Positions 29,215-38,968 of a DNA stretch of 64,000 bases are shown in pieces (positions within the stretch are counted from its first letter, which is position 1; the number at the start of each line of letters is the position of its first letter). A program made the position numbers and the translations under genes. The DNA lies in the NCBI GenBank assembly GCA_964583325.1, contig CAZOXJ010000001.1, positions 28,054 through 92,053 of the forward strand, in the 5' to 3' direction. The stretch comes from an uncultured Lentimicrobiaceae bacterium (GTDB taxonomy: Bacteria > Bacteroidota > Bacteroidia > Bacteroidales > UBA4417). Under the pieces are notes generated by a model, which saw only the letters and a list, made by a program, of their open reading frames with translations, searched no databases and was not told the origin of the DNA.

Positions 29215-32034
29215 ATGAAAATTTTTCAAAGAAAATCTGGCTCAAAAAACAATACAAAAAAGAAACGCAGTCTGATCAGGATATTATATTTATACCCGGT
29301 TGCTTTCTTTTTGGTTGGATTGAGTACAATTATTGCATATTATACCTGGTTGCAAATAAATGAATACAAAAAACACGCAGAGAAGCTTAAAAGTGAATTC
29401 CCTGAAAAACAGCGCACTGTATTGAAGTCGAGAGTATTAATACTAAAGGATTATATTGCATGGGTTAAATCGCATCCGGATGAATACACAATACAAATGC
29501 TGCGTAACAAGGTTTCAGCTACCGAGAATTTATTCAGCAGTTATGAGAATGAGAAAAACTTTAGTACTAAGAGCATACCTGCAGCTATCACCGATTCCTT
29601 GGATGAAACTAACAAAAGGTCAATTATTAAAGTAATAATATTGAATAATAAAAATGAAGTTTTATATCCTGAATTTCCATTTCGGCATAAGGAAGGAGAA
29701 AATACCTCAGAAATAATTGAAAGAATTTATAAACTTGTAAATTATGACCAAACAGAATCCCTCGTCAAGAATTCTTACTCTGAAAATACCAATAAAGTCC
29801 CATACCTGATAATAAAAAAAAGTAAAATTGATGATTTAAACATCGGGATTACTTTTGATGTGAGTCAAAAGAAAAATATTATTCAGGAAGTTGTTCTTGA
29901 CAGCCTGAGTAAAGTCAAATACCCAAACAATGAGTATGTGATAATTAACACTTTTGATGGTTTTGCATTGCTTTCGAAAGGGAAAAGACAAATTCCAGCA
30001 ATAAATATTAAAAACAGTACCGAGACAAACTGGAAGGATGTTTTTACTAAAGAGCTTGAATTTGCAAAACAAATGAACGGAGGTTATTATACCTATTTAT
30101 GGAGAAACAATCCGAATGTGGAGCGGAGTGAAAAAACATCTTACTTTTCAGGAATAAATGATTGGGAATGGATTATTGGTACAGGTTTTTTTACAAGTGA
30201 CATTTATCCTGTGTTACAAAAGCTAAAATCCGAATTATATACTGATATCAGAAATAACCTGTTACGCTTTTTCATCTTCATGGTTATCCTTATTGTTTTA
30301 GCTCAATTAACAATGAGGTATTTTGCAGTAAAGGCCAAATCAAATATTCTGCTTTTTCTTCATTTCTTCAAAAGAGCAGCACAGGGTATGCAAATCATCG
30401 ATTCGAATCAACTTGCATTTTCCGAATTTGATACCCTTGCGCAGGCCGCCAATCAAATGATACACGAAAGGGAAAGGATAAAATCAGTTCTCTCTGCTGA
30501 AAAATCGCGCCTGAGGTATATGATAGATGCTATTCCTGACCTTATTTTCTTCAAAGATGTTGAAAGCAAATTCCTTGGTTGCAATACTGCATTTGAAAAA
30601 TATATTAACAAGAAATCGGAAGAAATTATAGGCCTTTCGGAATATGAACTGTTCCGAAAATCAGATGCAACAGGATATAATAAATCAGACAAACGTATTA
30701 TTGAGACTTTGCAACCAGAGCGATCGACTAATTGGATTGAGTATTCAAACGGGCAAAGGTGTTTGTTTTATACTTTAAAAACTCCCTACTTTGATTCCGA
30801 AAAGAATTTATTAGGAATTATAGGTATTAGCCGCGACATCACCGAAATGGAAGAGACCCGGCAGCGTTTGATTCTGGCAAAAGAAAAAGCGGAAGAATCG
30901 GACAAACTTAAAACTGCTTTTCTGGCTAACATGAGCCACGAGATTAGAACTCCCATGAATGCAATTATTGGATTTTCCGATTTACTGGCTGAGGATGATC
31001 TGACTCATGAAGATAAAATTGATTTCATCTCTAAAATTAAGAGTTCAGGCCGATCACTGATGTCTTTAATAAACGATATTATTGACATTGCAAAAATTGA
31101 AGCCGGACAACTTAAAGTTGTTGAATCGGCCTGTGATCTGAATGTGTTATTAAATGATCTGCTTGGTACTTTCGACGAATTAAAAAATGTTTCAGGTAAA
31201 AAGGGTGTAAGCTTAAACCTTGTTGTTCCGGAAAAAACAAATAATTTCTGGGTAATAACTGATCCGATGCGATTACAACAGGTACTAACCAATTTACTTA
31301 GCAATGCATTGAAATTCACCGAATTCGGAAGTATTGAATTTGGATATACAATTCAAATGTCAACATTGACATTCTATGTTAATGATACCGGGATTGGAAT
31401 TCTAAGAAGTAAACAGAAACTTTTATTTCAGCGCTTTAGCCAATTGGATCCCAGCACCACCCGAAAATATGGAGGAACTGGACTTGGCCTTGCCATTTCG
31501 AAAAACCTGGTCGATTTATTAGGCGGCACCATTGGCATGGAATCGAATCCGGGGAAAGGATCGATGTTTTATTTTACAATTCCTTATAAACTGGTTGAGC
31601 ATAAACCGGCAAAATTTATTAGGGCTGATTCTCATAGTTTTCATTGGAAAGGGAAAACTATTCTTATTGCTGAAGATATAATGCAAAACTTCATGCTTAT
31701 GGAAGCTCTGTTGAAACGTACCGAAGTAAGGCTGCTTCATGCATTAAACGGACAAATAGCAATAGATACAGTTAAATCGGATCCGGATATTGATCTCGTT
31801 TTAATGGATATACAATTACCAATAAAAACAGGGTATGAAGCGCTGAAAGAGATACTCGAATTCAGGCATGATTTACCTGTGATGAGTTATACAGCATTCG
31901 CACTTCCACACGAAAGGGAGAAGAGTTTATCGGCTGGTTTTGTTGACTTTATACCTAAACCTATTAAAGCAGAAACCCTGATTCCTATGCTAGATAAATA
32001 TCTACAGAATCAGGGCTTACCTATATCGCTTTAA
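29215..32034 (+). CDS. hybrid sensor histidine kinase / response regulator with periplasmic Cache-like domain
   Basis: 939 aa with TM1 (~aa 22-45) and a ~300-aa periplasmic region ending in an sCache_2-like block (GGYYTYLWRNNPNVERSEKTSYFSGINDWEWIIGTGFFTSDI). This is followed by TM2, a PAS region, an H-box (SHEIRTPMNAI), HATPase motifs (DTGIGI, GGTGLGLAISK) and a C-terminal REC domain (ILIAEDIMQN, LVLMDIQLP, FIPKPI). Confidence 0.9.
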   Translation: MKIFQRKSGSKNNTKKKRSLIRILYLYPVAFFLVGLSTIIAYYTWLQINEYKKHAEKLKSEFPEKQRTVLKSRVLILKDYIAWVKSHPDEYTIQMLRNKVSATENLFSSYENEKNFSTKSIPAAITDSLDETNKRSIIKVIILNNKNEVLYPEFPFRHKEGENTSEIIERIYKLVNYDQTESLVKNSYSENTNKVPYLIIKKSKIDDLNIGITFDVSQKKNIIQEVVLDSLSKVKYPNNEYVIINTFDGFALLSKGKRQIPAINIKNSTETNWKDVFTKELEFAKQMNGGYYTYLWRNNPNVERSEKTSYFSGINDWEWIIGTGFFTSDIYPVLQKLKSELYTDIRNNLLRFFIFMVILIVLAQLTMRYFAVKAKSNILLFLHFFKRAAQGMQIIDSNQLAFSEFDTLAQAANQMIHERERIKSVLSAEKSRLRYMIDAIPDLIFFKDVESKFLGCNTAFEKYINKKSEEIIGLSEYELFRKSDATGYNKSDKRIIETLQPERSTNWIEYSNGQRCLFYTLKTPYFDSEKNLLGIIGISRDITEMEETRQRLILAKEKAEESDKLKTAFLANMSHEIRTPMNAIIGFSDLLAEDDLTHEDKIDFISKIKSSGRSLMSLINDIIDIAKIEAGQLKVVESACDLNVLLNDLLGTFDELKNVSGKKGVSLNLVVPEKTNNFWVITDPMRLQQVLTNLLSNALKFTEFGSIEFGYTIQMSTLTFYVNDTGIGILRSKQKLLFQRFSQLDPSTTRKYGGTGLGLAISKNLVDLLGGTIGMESNPGKGSMFYFTIPYKLVEHKPAKFIRADSHSFHWKGKTILIAEDIMQNFMLMEALLKRTEVRLLHALNGQIAIDTVKSDPDIDLVLMDIQLPIKTGYEALKEILEFRHDLPVMSYTAFALPHEREKSLSAGFVDFIPKPIKAETLIPMLDKYLQNQGLPISL

Positions 32035-32040
32035 ACAGCT

Positions 32041-33291
32041 TTAATCAAGTAAATGTACTACGAGTCCACTCCTTAGTTTTGGCTCGAACCAGGTGGTTTT
32101 AGGTGGCATAATATTGCCTGTATCGGCTATAGTAATCAATTGGTCCATCGAAACAGGGTAAAGCGCAAAAGCAGCTTTCATTTCTCCGCTATCGACACGT
32201 TTTTTTAATTCTCCAAGTCCACGTATTCCTCCTACAAAATCAACACGTGTAGAAGTTCGTAGGTCTTTTATATCAAGGATATTATCAAGCACCAGTGCCG
32301 AAAGAATTGTAACGTCCAGCACCCCTATCGGATCCTCATCATTATAGGTTCCTTGCCTGGCTGTTAACGAATACCAGCATCCATCCAGATACATGGAAAA
32401 ATTATGCAAACCTGCCGGTGAATATGTTTCATTACCTTTTTTCTCCACAAGAAAAACTTCACTTAATTTATTAAGTAATTGCTCGTGGCTCAAATTATTA
32501 AGATCTTTTACAACCCTGTTATAATCAATAATTTTCAATTGGTTATCAGGAAAAAGTACTGACATGAAATAATTATATTCTTCAGTACCATTATGTGCCG
32601 GATTGTTTTTACGTTTTTCGAGCCCTACAAGCGCTGCAGCTGCTGTACGGTGATGGCCGTCGGCTACATAAAGGCTGGGAATTTCTTTTTCAAAGATTTC
32701 AATAATTCTGTCAATTGTAGCTTTGTCGTCAATTGTCCAGAAATGATGTCCAAATCCTTCGTCAGCAATAAAATCGTAAACGGGTTTATTATTCGCAACT
32801 ATATCGGCCACTATCTGGTCAATATTTTTATTAGCCGGATAAGTAAAAAATACCGGTTCCACATTTGCATTTGTAATCCGGACATGGATCATCCGATCCT
32901 CTTCTTTATCTTTCCTGGTTAATTCGTGCTTTTTGATTTTATTATTGAAGTAATCTTCAATATTATTGCATCCGACAATTCCATACTGGGTGCGGCCATT
33001 CATGGTTTGAGCATAGATGTATAGTTTATTATCCGTATCCTGAATCAACCAACCTTTTTCGATAAAAGCAGCGAAGTTCTCAACAACTTTATCATAAACT
33101 TCTTTACCGTGTACATCAATACCTTCAGGAAGGTCAATCTCAGCCTTCGTAACCCTGAGAAGTGAGTATTGATTACCTGAAGCCTCGATCCGGGCTTCTT
33201 CCGAATTCAATACGTCATATGGTCTGGATGCTAATTGTTTTACGATTTCGACAGGAGGGCGTAATCCCTTGAATGCTTTAAGAATTGCCAT
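32041..33291 (-). CDS. DUF1015 domain protein
   Basis: 416 aa with the characteristic SLYVADGHHRTAAA block. It is convergent with the kinase gene, with only 6 nt between the stop codons. Confidence 0.85.
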   Translation of the reverse strand: MAILKAFKGLRPPVEIVKQLASRPYDVLNSEEARIEASGNQYSLLRVTKAEIDLPEGIDVHGKEVYDKVVENFAAFIEKGWLIQDTDNKLYIYAQTMNGRTQYGIVGCNNIEDYFNNKIKKHELTRKDKEEDRMIHVRITNANVEPVFFTYPANKNIDQIVADIVANNKPVYDFIADEGFGHHFWTIDDKATIDRIIEIFEKEIPSLYVADGHHRTAAAALVGLEKRKNNPAHNGTEEYNYFMSVLFPDNQLKIIDYNRVVKDLNNLSHEQLLNKLSEVFLVEKKGNETYSPAGLHNFSMYLDGCWYSLTARQGTYNDEDPIGVLDVTILSALVLDNILDIKDLRTSTRVDFVGGIRGLGELKKRVDSGEMKAAFALYPVSMDQLITIADTGNIMPPKTTWFEPKLRSGLVVHLLD

Positions 33292-33447
33292 TGTTTATGG
33301 TTTTAATTCAAATACTAATTTGCACTTATAAAGATGCACAAAATAATAGAATAGTATTGAATGATACAACAGAAAATAAAAAAAAAACTGCAATGATCTT
33401 TTAAGTCATTGAGTTAAGCTGATAAAAGGAAAAAGTAATATCAATTA

Positions 33448-33858
33448 TCAATCGTCATCGCTATCAACAATACCTGCTGAACGTTGCAGAGATCCAATCA
33501 GAGCGCCTAACATCTTGGTCATTTCCATCAATTGGTTCCGCGATTCGTCAAGATCAGTATTGGAGAAAAAACCTTGTTTGGATGCCATAGCACTATGCAC
33601 AACACATTCGCGCACTGAGCTTTTAGCCATTTTCAGATAATGAATAAATTGGGCTTTGTTTCGTGCTGAGCCTTCAGCAATATGCAAAGCAATAGCTTGC
33701 GCCGAATTATAAAAATTCGATGCCAGAGAGATAGAACCTGTTTCGGGGAATTTATTTACTTTTTTATATACCCAATCTATATAATCAAGAGCTTTAAGGT
33801 ATATCCGTAAATCCTCGAAACGAAAGAAAGTAGCAGTTTTGTCGAGTTCTGTTTCCAT
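33448..33858 (-). CDS. four-helix-bundle protein (23S rRNA intervening-sequence protein / Avd-like family)
   Basis: 136 aa. FRFEDLRIYLKALDYIDWVYKKVNKFPETGSISLASNFYNSAQAIALHIAEGSARNKAQFIHYLKMAKSSVRE matches the family pattern (F.FE.L.vy..A......iy.....FP..E...L..Q..RAa.SI..NIAEG..R....EF..FL.IA.GS..E). Confidence 0.8.
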   Translation of the reverse strand: METELDKTATFFRFEDLRIYLKALDYIDWVYKKVNKFPETGSISLASNFYNSAQAIALHIAEGSARNKAQFIHYLKMAKSSVRECVVHSAMASKQGFFSNTDLDESRNQLMEMTKMLGALIGSLQRSAGIVDSDDD

Positions 33859-33894
33859 TAAGGGTGGTTTTTGGTTTTTATTATACTAGTATGA

Positions 33895-33902
33895 CAAAAA
33901 TA
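33895..33902 (-). promoter_or_regulatory. -7 box TATTTTTG for the four-helix-bundle gene
   Basis: The plus strand reads CAAAAATA, 37 nt upstream of the start at 33858. No well-spaced -33 element was seen. Confidence 0.4.
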
Positions 33903-34094
33903 GATTACAACTTCTTAAATTTTCAGCTAATATACAAAGTAAAGAACACAAATCCAAGAAAGTTGTTTGGGTAGATCCTTCTTTTTTTTCAAACTGTTCA
34001 TTTTTTCTTGCACAGATTTGATTTTTTAAGCTCTGGATAAACCACAAACAACTTCCCGAAGACAAGAGTTTATAATGTATAAATAACTGATTTC

Positions 34095-35018
34095 TTATTT
34101 ATTAACCTGAAATGTAACGTCATTCTTAGTAAAAAAATCAACAATCTGCTTTGCAGCGGCTACTCCGGCATTATTATTTGCCTCGGAAGTTTGCGCTCCC
34201 ATTTTTTTAGGTGTAAAATAGAAACGGCCTAAATATTTTTCTGCAATAAGCCCTTTGCAATCTGGCTCCACATCCGAAACATATTTGAAATCGGATCTTT
34301 CGGCAAATGTTTTCAACAAACTTTCTTCATCTATAACTTCCTTGCGGGCGGTATTTACCAGGGTTGCTCCTTTAGGCATTAGAGATAGTAAATCATAATT
34401 TACTGATTTCTTTGTCTGAGCATTTGCAGGCATATGCAGTGAAACATATTGGCAGGTTGAATACAATTCATTCACATTTTCGAGGTAATGTATTCCATCG
34501 GCTTCAATGGTTTTCCTGTCGACAAACGGATCAAAAGCGTATATTTCCATACCAAATCCTTTGGCTATTGCAGCCACAGCTTTTCCAACATACCCGAAAG
34601 CATGCAATCCGAGTTTTTTACCTTTCAGTTCAGTGCCAGATGATCCATTGAAATTATTGCGTGCTGCAAATACCATCATTCCAATAGCGAGTTCTGCAAC
34701 AGCATTTGAATTCTGACCTGGAGTATTCATAGCTACAACACCTTTTGCAGTTGCCGCGGCAAGATCAATATTATCGTATCCAGCTCCTGCCCTTACGACA
34801 ATTTTCAGTTTTGAGGCGGCTTCAAGTATGTCGGCATCTATAATATCACTTCTGATTATTATTGCATCAGCATCTGCAACAGCAACAATAAGTTCATCTT
34901 TTGTTGCATAATTTTCGAGAAGCGCTATCTCAAATCCTGCTTCTTCCACTATTTTCTTTATGCCGTCCACGGCAGCCTTTGCAAAAGGTTTTTCAGTGGC
35001 AACCAGTACTTTTTTCAT
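34095..35018 (-). CDS. serA: D-3-phosphoglycerate dehydrogenase (short form, D-2-hydroxyacid dehydrogenase family)
   Basis: 307 aa with an NAD-binding region (KKLGLHAFGYVGKAVA). It lies 30 nt downstream of serC, so the pair is probably co-transcribed. Confidence 0.8.
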   Translation of the reverse strand: MKKVLVATEKPFAKAAVDGIKKIVEEAGFEIALLENYATKDELIVAVADADAIIIRSDIIDADILEAASKLKIVVRAGAGYDNIDLAAATAKGVVAMNTPGQNSNAVAELAIGMMVFAARNNFNGSSGTELKGKKLGLHAFGYVGKAVAAIAKGFGMEIYAFDPFVDRKTIEADGIHYLENVNELYSTCQYVSLHMPANAQTKKSVNYDLLSLMPKGATLVNTARKEVIDEESLLKTFAERSDFKYVSDVEPDCKGLIAEKYLGRFYFTPKKMGAQTSEANNNAGVAAAKQIVDFFTKNDVTFQVNK

Positions 35019-35048
35019 AGTTACGGTTATTAAAAGTTTAATAATGAA

Positions 35049-36119
35049 TTAGCTATTTGCTTTTTCAAACTCGTTCATACAGTCGATAAGTGCCTGAACG
35101 CTTTCAATGGGTAATGCATTGTATGTTGATGCCCTGAAACCTCCCACGGAGCGATGTCCTTTAATACCAACCATACCAGATAATTTGGCGAATTCCATAA
35201 AATCATCTTCTTTATCTTTGTATTGTTCTTTCATCACAAAGCAGATATTCATCAGCGATCGAGCGTTATTTGCAGCTGTTCCTTCAAACATTTTACTGTT
35301 GTCAATTGCATTATAGAGAAGGTTGGCTTTAGCGATATTCAGTTCTTCCATTTTTTGAACTCCACCCATTTCCTTCACCCATTTCAATGTTTCTTTTAAT
35401 GTAAAAATACTTACACAAGGAGGTGTATTAAACATTGAGCCTTCTTTGATATGAATGCGATAATCGAGCATTGACGGGATTGCACGTTCAACTTTACCCA
35501 AAATATCTTCGCGAATAATAACGAAGGTAACTCCAGCGGGACCAGCATTTTTTTGTGCTCCGCCATAAATCATGGCATATTTCGACACATCAACCGGACG
35601 ACTAAGTATATCGCTCGACATATCGGCAATCAAAGGTACAGACGAATCAAAATCTTCCCTGATTTCGGTACCATAAATTGTATTATTGGTAGTTATATGA
35701 AAATAATCGGCATCAGCCGGTATTTCCCAACCTGAAGGGATATAATTAAAGTTTTTATCAGCAGATGTTCCAACAACAGCCACTTCACCAAACAGCTTTG
35801 CTTCTTTGATGGCCTTTTTTGCCCAGACGCCTGTTTCGAGGTATGCAGCTTTCTTATTCAATAAATTGAAAGGAACCATGCAAAATTGCAGGCTTGCTCC
35901 ACCACCAAGGAAAAGCACATGATAACCTTCAGGGATATTAAGAACTTCCTTGAACAAAGCAACGGCTTCGTCAATCACTGCCTGAAAATCTTTACTCCGA
36001 TGTGAAATTTCGAGTAGCGACATACCAATACCATTTAAATCAAGTATTGCTTTAGCGGTGTTTTCGATTGCGATGCGGGGCAATATGGAGGGCCCTGCGT
36101 TAAAATTATACTTTTTCAT
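35049..36119 (-). CDS. serC: 3-phosphoserine aminotransferase
   Basis: 356 aa with YNFNAGPS at the N-terminus and a PLP-lysine block ([18 protein letters not shown]). Confidence 0.95.
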   Translation of the reverse strand: MKKYNFNAGPSILPRIAIENTAKAILDLNGIGMSLLEISHRSKDFQAVIDEAVALFKEVLNIPEGYHVLFLGGGASLQFCMVPFNLLNKKAAYLETGVWAKKAIKEAKLFGEVAVVGTSADKNFNYIPSGWEIPADADYFHITTNNTIYGTEIREDFDSSVPLIADMSSDILSRPVDVSKYAMIYGGAQKNAGPAGVTFVIIREDILGKVERAIPSMLDYRIHIKEGSMFNTPPCVSIFTLKETLKWVKEMGGVQKMEELNIAKANLLYNAIDNSKMFEGTAANNARSLMNICFVMKEQYKDKEDDFMEFAKLSGMVGIKGHRSVGGFRASTYNALPIESVQALIDCMNEFEKANS

Positions 36120-36215
36120 TTGTGTAAGTTTTATTATTAATATAAAGATTTACAGATTTTTACCCAATTAAAAACGACACACCCACAGAAGAGTTCTATT
36201 GTTATTAATTTCACA

Positions 36216-36248
36216 CAAAGCTATAAAATGTTTTGCTGGACAAGCAAA
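36216..36248 (-). promoter_or_regulatory. Bacteroidota-type promoter for serC-serA (-7 TAGCTTTG, -33 TTTG)
   Basis: The plus strand reads CAAAGCTA at 36216-36223 and CAAA at 36245-36248, a 21-nt spacer. It lies ~97 nt upstream of the serC start. Confidence 0.5.
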
Positions 36249-36362
36249 AAATAAATGATAATTTTTTGGTACATTTTCAAGAGAAAAAAGTACTGATTTT
36301 TGAATAATACGTTTGGGTAAATTTATACAAATGAAATTAACACTCAATTTTTCCGGATTTAG

Positions 36363-37247
36363 TTATAAAGCATCTTTCTTCTTATTAGCTACTTCAATTT
36401 CTTCAACCAGTATCCAATATCCATTTCTGAAAATATATCCATCATAAGTATCACCGGAAGGAACATAGTATTTACGCATATTTTTCAAGGACGGATCCAT
36501 TGGCACAAGCCTGTCCATAACTATCAACCAGGTATTTTCCTTTTTGATTTTCTTTCTTTTTTCAATGTTTATTGCCTGATAATCATATCTTAAAAGCATA
36601 GTAGCCTTTTCGGCATACTCAAAAACTATCCTGGATTTAATCCCCTGATCCGTTTTAAACACCGGCATTCCGAATGTTAAATTGCCAGAAGCATCCATGG
36701 AAAGCACGTCAATCAGTTTCCGGTTAGCCTCGTTTGTAAAACCATCCCAGCCAAGCAAAGTATATACCTTTTTGTTTTCAATTTCAACATCTATAATTTT
36801 ATAATAAAGCGCGCCATACCATGTTAAAGGAGTATATTTTCCGGTCATTATAGCGGACTCTGCATCATTAATGAATGTTAACGGTACTATTTCAGAACTG
36901 TCATGTAATAATTGAATTATTCCCCAATACTTATTTTTACCATTCGAAACTGGTACATTCCAGGTAAATATGCGCACAAATCCATCATCGGATACAGCGC
37001 GTGTTATTCCGGGTAGCGAATCATAAGCTAGCAAGGCTAATTCATTATTTTCCAAAGCCATCCTGAACCTGATGAAAAATGTATCACTTGCAGCTATTCG
37101 AGCTTCATCAGTTTTTTGCTTCCAGATATTGGCACTTAACTTTCCTAATGAATCCTGAACTGTTGGTTTTAATATACCGGTTTGCGCCAGACTGCCATTT
37201 GCAATCAGAAACAAACAAAGAAGAAGAGTTGAAAAGGATAATTTCAT
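36363..37247 (-). CDS. hypothetical secreted protein
   Basis: 294 aa with signal peptide MKLSFSTLLLCLFLIANGSLAQ. No family recognised. Confidence 0.7.
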   Translation of the reverse strand: MKLSFSTLLLCLFLIANGSLAQTGILKPTVQDSLGKLSANIWKQKTDEARIAASDTFFIRFRMALENNELALLAYDSLPGITRAVSDDGFVRIFTWNVPVSNGKNKYWGIIQLLHDSSEIVPLTFINDAESAIMTGKYTPLTWYGALYYKIIDVEIENKKVYTLLGWDGFTNEANRKLIDVLSMDASGNLTFGMPVFKTDQGIKSRIVFEYAEKATMLLRYDYQAINIEKRKKIKKENTWLIVMDRLVPMDPSLKNMRKYYVPSGDTYDGYIFRNGYWILVEEIEVANKKKDAL

Positions 37248-37279
37248 TGAACCAATTTTCAGAAAAATAAGTTAATTGG

Positions 37280-37287
37280 CAAAAGTA
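37280..37287 (-). promoter_or_regulatory. -7 box TACTTTTG for 36363..37247
   Basis: The plus strand reads CAAAAGTA, 33 nt upstream of the start at 37247. It overlaps the ORF-track start of the divergent gene, which argues for that gene's later ATG. Confidence 0.45.
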
Positions 37288-37352
37288 TGATTTTTACAGG
37301 TAATTTCGCTGTTGAATACGAATACAAGTGCGCTTGTTTTAAAGTTAGATAT

Positions 37353-38426
37353 ATGATTCCAATCCCTTCTACTGATTCCCGTATCCGGGCTTTTGTTGAA
37401 CTCGGCAAAACAATGGGACTTGCCGCAGATTATGGTAAAACTGAAAACAGCATCTTAAATCCAGATGCCGAAGAAATATATGATTCCATTAAAACTGCAG
37501 GTTTTCATAATCCATGGTTTACACCTGAAAATATTTCATTTGCACTAAAAACATGGAGTGAAACATTGAATGAAGATTCTTTGGTTAGCTGGATATCAAA
37601 GTATAAACATGGTATTGATAAGACCAAGCCGAAACGTATTGCTGTGATTATGGCCGGAAATATACCTGTTGTTGGATTTCATGATTTTTTATGTACACTT
37701 TTATGTGGTCATCATTTTATCGGAAAGCTTTCATCGGGCGATAAAATTCTGCTGCCATCAATCGCCGGAGTTCTCTGCAGGATTGAGCCTGGATTTGCAT
37801 CAATGATTGAGTTTACCGAAAACACCATAAGCGACTTTGATGCCATCATTGCCACAGGGAGTAATAACACAGCCCGGTATTTTGAGTATTATTTTTCAAA
37901 ATATCCGCATATCATCCGGAAAAACAGAAATGGAGTTGCAGTAATTTCGGGTAACGAAGATGGGGAAACACTTCTTCAACTAGGTCATGATATTTGCATG
38001 TATTTTGGATTGGGATGCCGGAATGTTTCAAAAGTTTTCATACCGCAAGGATTTGCTCCCGAAATGTTATTCAAAGCTGTTGAACCTTACAGTAAAACAT
38101 TATCGGATCATTACAAATACATGAACAACCACAGCTACCACAGCTCCATTTATCTGCTTAACAGTACGCCACACCTCGATAACGGAGTAATTCTGTTAAC
38201 TGAATCGGAACAATACTCCGCTCCTATTCCAGTAATTTTTTATGAGTATTATAATAGCCTGGAATCGTTACAGAAAAAGTTAAAATCAGATACTGAAAAC
38301 ATACAATGTATTGCTACAGAATTATTTGTATCAGATAAAACTGCAAATTTGGGAAGTACACAAACCCCGGGTTTGGCCGATTATGCCGATGGAATTGATG
38401 TTATGAAGTTTTTAACTGACTTGTAA
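37353..38426 (+). CDS. LuxC-like acyl-CoA reductase
   Basis: The ORF track starts at 37287. I prefer the ATG at 37353 (MIPIPSTDSRIRAFVELG), giving 357 aa. Supporting blocks are IMAGNIPVVGFHDFLCTLLCGHHFIGKLS, IATGSNNTARYFEYYF and GLGCRNVSK (candidate catalytic Cys). Confidence 0.6.
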   Translation: MIPIPSTDSRIRAFVELGKTMGLAADYGKTENSILNPDAEEIYDSIKTAGFHNPWFTPENISFALKTWSETLNEDSLVSWISKYKHGIDKTKPKRIAVIMAGNIPVVGFHDFLCTLLCGHHFIGKLSSGDKILLPSIAGVLCRIEPGFASMIEFTENTISDFDAIIATGSNNTARYFEYYFSKYPHIIRKNRNGVAVISGNEDGETLLQLGHDICMYFGLGCRNVSKVFIPQGFAPEMLFKAVEPYSKTLSDHYKYMNNHSYHSSIYLLNSTPHLDNGVILLTESEQYSAPIPVIFYEYYNSLESLQKKLKSDTENIQCIATELFVSDKTANLGSTQTPGLADYADGIDVMKFLTDL

Positions 38427-38482
38427 ATCATTTACATAAAAAACATGCTAACAAAATATTGTTAAATAAAAAGCTGTGAATA

Positions 38483-38513
38483 TTTGTTTGTGAGCAAAAA
38501 ATGTATAATTTTG
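38483..38513 (+). promoter_or_regulatory. Bacteroidota-type promoter for rpmE (-33 TTTG, -7 TAATTTTG)
   Basis: TTTG at 38483-38486, a 19-nt spacer, then TAATTTTG at 38506-38513. It lies 29 nt upstream of the ATG at 38542. Confidence 0.55.
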
Positions 38514-38541
38514 CAGCCCTGAAATTTAAGCTGAAAGCATC

Positions 38542-38814
38542 ATGAGAAAAGACATCCACCCAAAGGAATACCGCCTTGTAGTTTTTAAAGATATATCGAA
38601 CGATTTCTCGTTTATGACCCGTTCGACCGTTAACACAAAGGAAACAGTTACCTGGGAAGATGGTAAGGAATATCCACTTGTAAAGCTGGAAATCTCTAAC
38701 ACATCGCACCCTTTCTACACCGGTAAAATTAAATTGGTCGATACAACAGGCCGTGTTGACAAATTCCGTCAAAAAATGGAGAAATCAGCACAAATGAAAA
38801 ATAAGGCTAAATAG
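38542..38814 (+). CDS. rpmE: 50S ribosomal protein L31, type B (Cys-less)
   Basis: 90 aa: [10 protein letters not shown]...SHPFYTGK. There is no CxxC zinc motif. Confidence 0.93.
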   Translation: MRKDIHPKEYRLVVFKDISNDFSFMTRSTVNTKETVTWEDGKEYPLVKLEISNTSHPFYTGKIKLVDTTGRVDKFRQKMEKSAQMKNKAK

Positions 38815-38843
38815 TCCTTTTATTCATTTCGAAAGAAATAGTG

Positions 38844-38873
38844 AAGCTATCCTCGATGGGTAGCTTTTTTTTT
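38844..38873 (+). terminator. intrinsic terminator after rpmE
   Basis: Stem AAGCTATCC / GGGTAGCTT (one G-U pair) with loop TCGAT, followed by a T9 run. Confidence 0.8.
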
Positions 38874-38904
38874 GCACATTTCCGCTCTTTTATCAACAGC
38901 GTGC

Positions 38905-38912
38905 TACATTTG
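38905..38912 (+). promoter_or_regulatory. -7 box TACATTTG upstream of 38969 start
   Basis: Perfect TAnnTTTG 57 nt upstream of the ATG at 38969. No well-spaced -33 element. Confidence 0.35.
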
Positions 38913-38968
38913 TATTGCTACCTGACTATAAGCATGTATCTTTATTGGCCGGATATATTTATAAAACC

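Noticed and set aside
33448-33858. Diversity-generating retroelement, suggested by the Avd-like four-helix-bundle gene
   Set aside because: The window contains no reverse transcriptase ORF and no template/variable repeat pair.
38428-38772. 114-aa minus-strand ORF overlapping rpmE
   Set aside because: It is antisense to a clearly recognisable L31 gene that has its own promoter and terminator. The sequence is Cys/Phe-rich and low-complexity with no family resemblance.
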